A stretch of 64,000 nucleotides of DNA from Patescibacteria group bacterium (GTDB lineage Bacteria; Patescibacteriota; Patescibacteriia; Patescibacteriales; GWC2-42-12): positions 163,680-227,679 of the forward strand of contig JBAZRI010000001.1 of the NCBI GenBank assembly GCA_041662965.1, written 5' to 3'. Of the stretch, positions 59,913 to 64,000 are shown one piece after another. How positions within the stretch are numbered: position 1 is the stretch's first letter; each line of letters opens with the position of its first letter. Under the pieces are notes generated by a model. It worked only from the letters and a program-made list of their open reading frames with translations, did no database searches and was not told the origin of the DNA. A program made the position numbers and the translations under genes.

Positions 59913-60040
59913 TAAGAAATTTTCAATTTTCAATTTTCAATTTTCAAACAATTTTCAAAGCTATAATTATTAATGAATTAATTTAATTAGAAATTAAAAC
60001 ATTAATTCATTGTTTAGAAATTAGAAATTAGAAATTGAAA
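59913..60040. repeat. Heptamer tandem repeats forming a ~125-bp imperfect palindrome
   Basis: (aattttc)x4 on the left and (gaaatta/gaaattg)x4 on the right, around the central inverted repeat aatgaattaat/attaattcatt. Confidence 0.8.
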
Positions 60041-60044
60041 ATTT

Positions 60045-60407
60045 ATGTCAAATAGCTTTATCTTTTACGGCCTGCAGATATTAATTGAATTGATTCAGGA
60101 TATTTTATATTTTCCCGCCTGGTGGTATTCGCGCGGGCTGTTAAATATAATCATGGGCGTGATGAATTTTTTAATAAACAAGCAAAAATCTTTGGCGCTT
60201 TTCGTCTGGGTAAAAAATATTTTCCGCCCGATGTACGCTCAATATGATTGGCAGGGTATGCTGATCAGTTTTTTTATGCGCCTGGTGCAGATTATTTTCA
60301 GAAGCATTGTTATGCTGTTATGGCTTATTTTTTCTCTGGCCGTTATTATTTTTTGGATTTTATTTCCGGTTTTTGTTATTTATGAAATTATTTTTCAGTT
60401 TTTATAA
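60045..60407 (+). CDS. Hypothetical membrane protein
   Basis: 120 aa with 3 TM helices, upstream of the Clp-type ATPase. Confidence 0.5.
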   Translation: MSNSFIFYGLQILIELIQDILYFPAWWYSRGLLNIIMGVMNFLINKQKSLALFVWVKNIFRPMYAQYDWQGMLISFFMRLVQIIFRSIVMLLWLIFSLAVIIFWILFPVFVIYEIIFQFL

Positions 60408-60436
60408 ATTGTATTTGCGCATTAAGCTAAATTTTC

Positions 60437-63190
60437 ATGCCCGAAGAAAATAAAAAATCAAAAATTCAATTTATAGTTTGCGACTTCTGCGCCGGCGCCG
60501 GCAAGTCGGGCTCCGGTTCGGCTTGCAAAAATTGCTCCGGCGCGGGCGTGATAGCTTTTTACGCCGGCAGATTTTTTTATTGGAATCTGCTTATAAGCGT
60601 CCCGGCCATAAAATTGCGGCATTTAAAAAATGGCTTAAATTTAGTTGTGAATTCATTGGCCTATATTTTAGGCTTAGCCGGCTTAATGGCTTTAGCTTAT
60701 TGGGTTTGGCGAGCGAGCGAACATACGCAGACCCTGGAAGCTTTTTCTTTTTGGCGCGTGAAAAGCCCGCTGATTTTAACTTTTTGGATCAGCTTATTGG
60801 CTGATATGTTTGTAATTTACCGCTTAAGCCAAGCGGAAGCGGCGCGGCGGAAGATAACCAAGCCTAAGTATGATCAAACGGCAAAATATAATTCTCCGAA
60901 TAATTGGTCTGAATTTAATAAAGTAAAGGGCAAATATAAAGTTGAAGTTTCCAGCGGTTTCAGCCTGTCCGCGCTTAAGGCGATTGAGCAAGCTTTTAAT
61001 TTGGCCGATTACGCTAAGCATGGCCGGGTCAGGCCGATCCATTTATTTTTTAGTTTACTTAAAGACAGGGGGGTGGCGGCGATTTTTTCCCGACTGAATA
61101 TTGATTCGGCTAAGCTAATCGCTAAATTAAAAAACCAATTATTGGCTTTAGAGGCGGGAAACGAACAAACCGTGATAGCGGCGGAAGTTAAAGAGATTTT
61201 TTTTGAAAGCTATATCAGCGCTTTGAATTCCGGGCAAAAAAGGGTAGAGCCGGCTCATTTTATTTTGCCGATTTTAGCCCGGGATAAAAATTTAAGCGAG
61301 TTGCTTTACGATCTGGATATTGACCATGATAAAATAAATAATGTTATCCAATGGTTTATTATCGGCGAGCGTTTGATGGATAATTACCGCCTGTACCGCA
61401 AAGCTTCGCGTTTTAAGCCGGCGACTTCTATGGACCGCGCTTATACGGCCGTGGCCACGCCGATCTTAAACCATTTCGCTTATGATTTGACTTTGGCCGC
61501 TAAATGGGGCCGGCTGGAATTATGCGTTGGCAGGGAAGATGAAGTTAAAGAAATTTTTCAAATTTTAGAAAGCGGTAAAAATGGAGTTTTGCTTTCCGGC
61601 CCGGCGGGCGTTGGTAAAAAAATGATTATCGGGCAAATCGCCAAAGCCATGGTGGAGGAAGACGTGCCGAAAATGCTAAGAGACAAACGGCTTTTGGAAT
61701 TAGACATAACGCGCCTCTTAAGCGGAGCCTCGGCGGCCAAAGCCGAAGAAAGGCTTTTGGTAATAATTGATGAAGTGGCCCGCGCCGGCAATATTATTTT
61801 ATATATTAATGATATTGAAAATTTAATGGGCATTACGGCCGGCGGCGAAGAGAGTTTTGAGCTGTCGGAAGTTTTAGTTAGCGCCGTTGGCCGGCATAAT
61901 CTTATTTGTCTGGCTAGCGCCAGCCAGGATAATTATGCCAAATATATTGAGAATAAACCCTTAGGCAATATCATGGCTAAAGTGGAAGTCGAAGAACCGG
62001 ATAATAATTTAGCCATTCAGATGCTGGAAAGCAAGATCGGATTTTACGAAGCCAAATATAAAGTTTATTTTACCTATTCAAGCATCGCTAAGGCCGTGGA
62101 ATTATCGGCTAAATATATTTATGATAAATATTTGCCGGCTAAAGCGGTTGATATTTTAGAAGCCATCGCGGTTAAAGTTTCTAAAACCAAAGGCCTAAAC
62201 AGCCTGGTTGATGTTGAAGACGTGGCGGAAATTATCAGCCAAAAAACGAAAATCCCTTTGACGAAAATTACCGAGAAAGAAAGCGAAGTTCTGCTTAATT
62301 TGGAAGAAAAAATACATAACCGCATGATTGGGCAGGCCGAAGCCGTTAATATGGTGGCGGCGAGTTTAAGGCGGGCGCGCACCGAGTTAAGAGAGCAAAA
62401 GCGGCCGATCGCCAATTTTCTATTTTTAGGACCGACCGGAGTCGGTAAAACCGAATTGGCTAAAACCGTGGCCGAAGTTTATTTCGGCGACGAGGATTAT
62501 ATGGTTAGGCTGGACATGAGCGAATACCAGCGGCCGGAGTCAATAGAAAAAATGATCGGTTCGCCGGACGGAATTTTAGGCTATTTAACCGAGGCCGTGC
62601 GTAAAGCGCCGTTTTCTTTGATATTGTTGGATGAGCTGGAAAAAGCGCATCCGGAAATTTTAAATTTATTTTTGCAAGTTATGGACGACGGCCGCTTAAC
62701 CGACGGATCGGGCCGGACGATTGATTTTACTAATAGCATTATTATCGCCACTTCCAATATCGGCGCGGTTTATATCCAGGACCAAATTAAGGCCGGCGCC
62801 GCTTTAGAGCAAATAAAGCAATCGCTCATAAACGATCAGCTTAACAAATATTTAAAGCCGGAATTAATAAATCGTTTTGACGGCGTAATCGTCTTTAAGC
62901 CGCTGGAGATTTTGGAAGTTGAAAGCATTGCTAAACTGATGCTAAATAAAGTTAGAAAAATGCTGGAAGCCAAAGGCATCGGCTTGGAGTGCGATGAAGC
63001 CGGTATAAAAAAAATCGCCGCTTTAGGCTTTGACCCTAAATTCGGCGCTCGGCCTTTAAGGCGTTTGATTCAGGAAAAAATTGAAAACGAAATCGCCAAT
63101 AAAGTTTTGGCCGACGGGCTTAAAAGAAGGGATACGGTAGTGATTGACGGCGAAGTTAAAATCAGCGTGAAAAAGGGGAGAGAGTTATAA
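60437..63190 (+). CDS. Membrane-anchored Clp/Hsp100-family AAA+ ATPase with N-terminal CxxCxGxG zinc finger and degenerate first AAA module
   Basis: CDFCAGAG and CKNCSGAG, then two TM helices and two Clp_N-like repeats. D1 carries GPAGVGKKM and ILYINDIEN. D2 carries the canonical GPTGVGKTE and LILLDELEKA, the sensor-2 region GARPLRR, and no M-domain. Confidence 0.85.
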   Translation: MPEENKKSKIQFIVCDFCAGAGKSGSGSACKNCSGAGVIAFYAGRFFYWNLLISVPAIKLRHLKNGLNLVVNSLAYILGLAGLMALAYWVWRASEHTQTLEAFSFWRVKSPLILTFWISLLADMFVIYRLSQAEAARRKITKPKYDQTAKYNSPNNWSEFNKVKGKYKVEVSSGFSLSALKAIEQAFNLADYAKHGRVRPIHLFFSLLKDRGVAAIFSRLNIDSAKLIAKLKNQLLALEAGNEQTVIAAEVKEIFFESYISALNSGQKRVEPAHFILPILARDKNLSELLYDLDIDHDKINNVIQWFIIGERLMDNYRLYRKASRFKPATSMDRAYTAVATPILNHFAYDLTLAAKWGRLELCVGREDEVKEIFQILESGKNGVLLSGPAGVGKKMIIGQIAKAMVEEDVPKMLRDKRLLELDITRLLSGASAAKAEERLLVIIDEVARAGNIILYINDIENLMGITAGGEESFELSEVLVSAVGRHNLICLASASQDNYAKYIENKPLGNIMAKVEVEEPDNNLAIQMLESKIGFYEAKYKVYFTYSSIAKAVELSAKYIYDKYLPAKAVDILEAIAVKVSKTKGLNSLVDVEDVAEIISQKTKIPLTKITEKESEVLLNLEEKIHNRMIGQAEAVNMVAASLRRARTELREQKRPIANFLFLGPTGVGKTELAKTVAEVYFGDEDYMVRLDMSEYQRPESIEKMIGSPDGILGYLTEAVRKAPFSLILLDELEKAHPEILNLFLQVMDDGRLTDGSGRTIDFTNSIIIATSNIGAVYIQDQIKAGAALEQIKQSLINDQLNKYLKPELINRFDGVIVFKPLEILEVESIAKLMLNKVRKMLEAKGIGLECDEAGIKKIAALGFDPKFGARPLRRLIQEKIENEIANKVLADGLKRRDTVVIDGEVKISVKKGREL

Positions 63191-63236
63191 ATAATTTTAC
63201 CAACTGCATAATAGAAAAAACAAGGGAAAAAGAAAA

Positions 63237-63289
63237 GGACGACTTGGCATAAATTTTCCACGTAAGAAAATTTATATGCCATGTCGTCC
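63237..63289. terminator. Long imperfect hairpin between convergent genes
   Basis: ggacgac-ttggcataaattttc ... gaaaatttatatgccat-gtcgtcc, with T-rich sequence on the minus-strand side. Confidence 0.55.
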
Positions 63290-63309
63290 CGGAAATTTTG
63301 GAAGAAATA

Positions 63310-63576
63310 TTAACTGATGGATATTTCGTTAATATTTCCTCCATCTGTTACTTCGAGGAATTTCTGACCGGTCGGGGGGGTGCCATTAAGCTTTCTTAAT
63401 TTACATAAGGCCTTGTCTGGGTCTATCATTACAGCTTTTGTGCCTTTGTTTTCTCTTGCGATTTTTCCCATCGCTTCCATAACCAAACCAAAATTGCCGC
63501 CAACTTTGCTACCTGTAGCAGCTGCTACAAATGCCACTTTTGCTCCGCCCAGGTCAGTATTAGCCGAGATCCTCAT
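63310..63576 (-). CDS. Hypothetical 88-aa protein
   Basis: SD caggagggg lies upstream, with its own promoter and hairpin terminator. No confident family assignment. Confidence 0.55.
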   Translation of the reverse strand: MRISANTDLGGAKVAFVAAATGSKVGGNFGLVMEAMGKIARENKGTKAVMIDPDKALCKLRKLNGTPPTGQKFLEVTDGGNINEISIS

Positions 63577-63708
63577 TATTACCCCTCCTGTTTTGCAATA
63601 AAAGTAAGTGTTTTCAAGTTTTCAACAACGTTTTTCTTAATTAATCTAATTTTCACCTCCTTTTTTATGTGCGATTAGGATAATTAATTAAATTATCCAT
63701 AAAAATAT

Positions 63709-63737
63709 ATTATAGCTTAATTTCAGAAAAAAAGCAA
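63709..63737 (-). promoter_or_regulatory. Promoter of the 88-aa gene
   Basis: On the minus strand, TTGCTT-17 nt-TATAAT. Confidence 0.55.
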
Positions 63738-63762
63738 ATTTATATTGTGGAAAACTAAATAT

Positions 63763-64000
63763 ATGCTGTTTTATCTTCAAATTTTCATAACAACTTTGCT
63801 TCTAACCGTTGGGCTGACTTTTTTAGTTATGAAACTGGCAAAGAAACTGAAAATCGTTGACAAGCCTGATCGGGAGAGAAAAATTCATGATCGGGCAACG
63901 CCGCTACTCGGCGGCTTGGCTATCTTCGCGGCTTTTTTTATTATTTTATATTTTACCCATGACAAGCTTCTGACCGGCGATCTTCTGCCGCGGCACTGGC
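63763..64000 (+). CDS. Glycosyltransferase family 4 (WecA/MraY-like polyprenyl-phosphate sugar-1-P transferase), 3' end runs off the window
   Basis: ATG at 63763. MLFYLQIFITTLLLTVGLTFLVMKLAKKLKIVDKPDRERKIHDRATPLLGGLAIF is the typical WecA/TagO-like N-terminus. Confidence 0.75.
   Translation, partial: MLFYLQIFITTLLLTVGLTFLVMKLAKKLKIVDKPDRERKIHDRATPLLGGLAIFAAFFIILYFTHDKLLTGDLLPRHW

Noticed and set aside
59913-60040. A possible CRISPR array, suggested by the regular short repeats here and at 58960-59048.
   Set aside because: The units are 7-8 bp with no unique spacers of 25-40 bp, and they are arranged as a palindrome. There are no cas genes in the window.
63310-63576. A SpoVS-like assignment for the 88-aa protein, based on its similar length and an Ala/Gly-rich N-terminal half.
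   Set aside because: My by-eye alignment to B. subtilis SpoVS gave only scattered matches with no conserved motif. That is too weak to report as a call.
1-64000. An alternative genetic code (UGA recoding, as in some CPR lineages).
   Set aside because: Conserved proteins (DnaK, PilB, MurC, GatB, Clp) are full length under the standard code. TGA is also used as a genuine stop, for example for the Rrf2 gene at 6795-6797.
1-64000. A prophage, integrative element or transposon.
   Set aside because: No integrase, transposase, recombinase, or capsid/terminase-like ORF was recognised. The only mobile-looking sequences are the non-coding palindromic elements and the hairpin-flanked DUF559 gene.

Overview
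This is a dense chromosomal window of roughly 40% GC that uses the standard genetic code. Gene content suggests a Candidate Phyla Radiation / Patescibacteria-type bacterium: a secretin-less type IV pilus cluster, a scattered dcw cluster and many GC-rich palindromic repeats. That assignment is an inference, and all domain calls come from motif recognition by eye, with no searches run.

Content in order:
1. An RHS-core polymorphic toxin array, with two toxin/immunity cassettes sharing a ~1 kb block plus a decayed third cassette start.
2. rpmA.
3. An Rrf2 / L,D-transpeptidase / NifU / Nfu / NifS operon.
4. An 11-gene type IV pilus cluster (pilB, pilC, pseudopilins, pilM, pilN, pilO).
5. Peptidoglycan genes (mraY, ftsW, murG, murC, mreD-like, PBP2) interleaved with unrelated genes.
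6. An ABC exporter.
7. A CIRCE/HrcA heat-shock operon containing a tandem Nudix pair, a Nudix-GrpE fusion, and a DUF559 gene wedged between dnaK and dnaJ.
8. miaB and miaA.
9. A low-GC island of orphan genes, including a Cys-rich two-gene operon.
10. gatB.
11. An eight-gene pyrimidine deoxynucleotide operon.
12. An SPFH protein, then an ECF sigma module with MacAB-like efflux genes.
13. secE-nusG-rplK-rplA.
14. A membrane-anchored Clp-type ATPase.

The strongest candidate for something new is the deoxynucleotide operon (43347-49250).
- Its ThyA-family enzyme has Asp at the Asn177 specificity position, as in phage dCMP hydroxymethylase.
- Its Dcd-like protein lacks the deaminase Glu.
- dCMP deaminase is fused to a DNPH1/Rcl-like N-hydrolase.
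- Tmk is fused to dUTPase.

A second theme is families of GC-rich palindromic elements. Some are inserted in frame inside murG, murC and nifU.

I found no rRNA, tRNA, CRISPR array, transposase or integrase.
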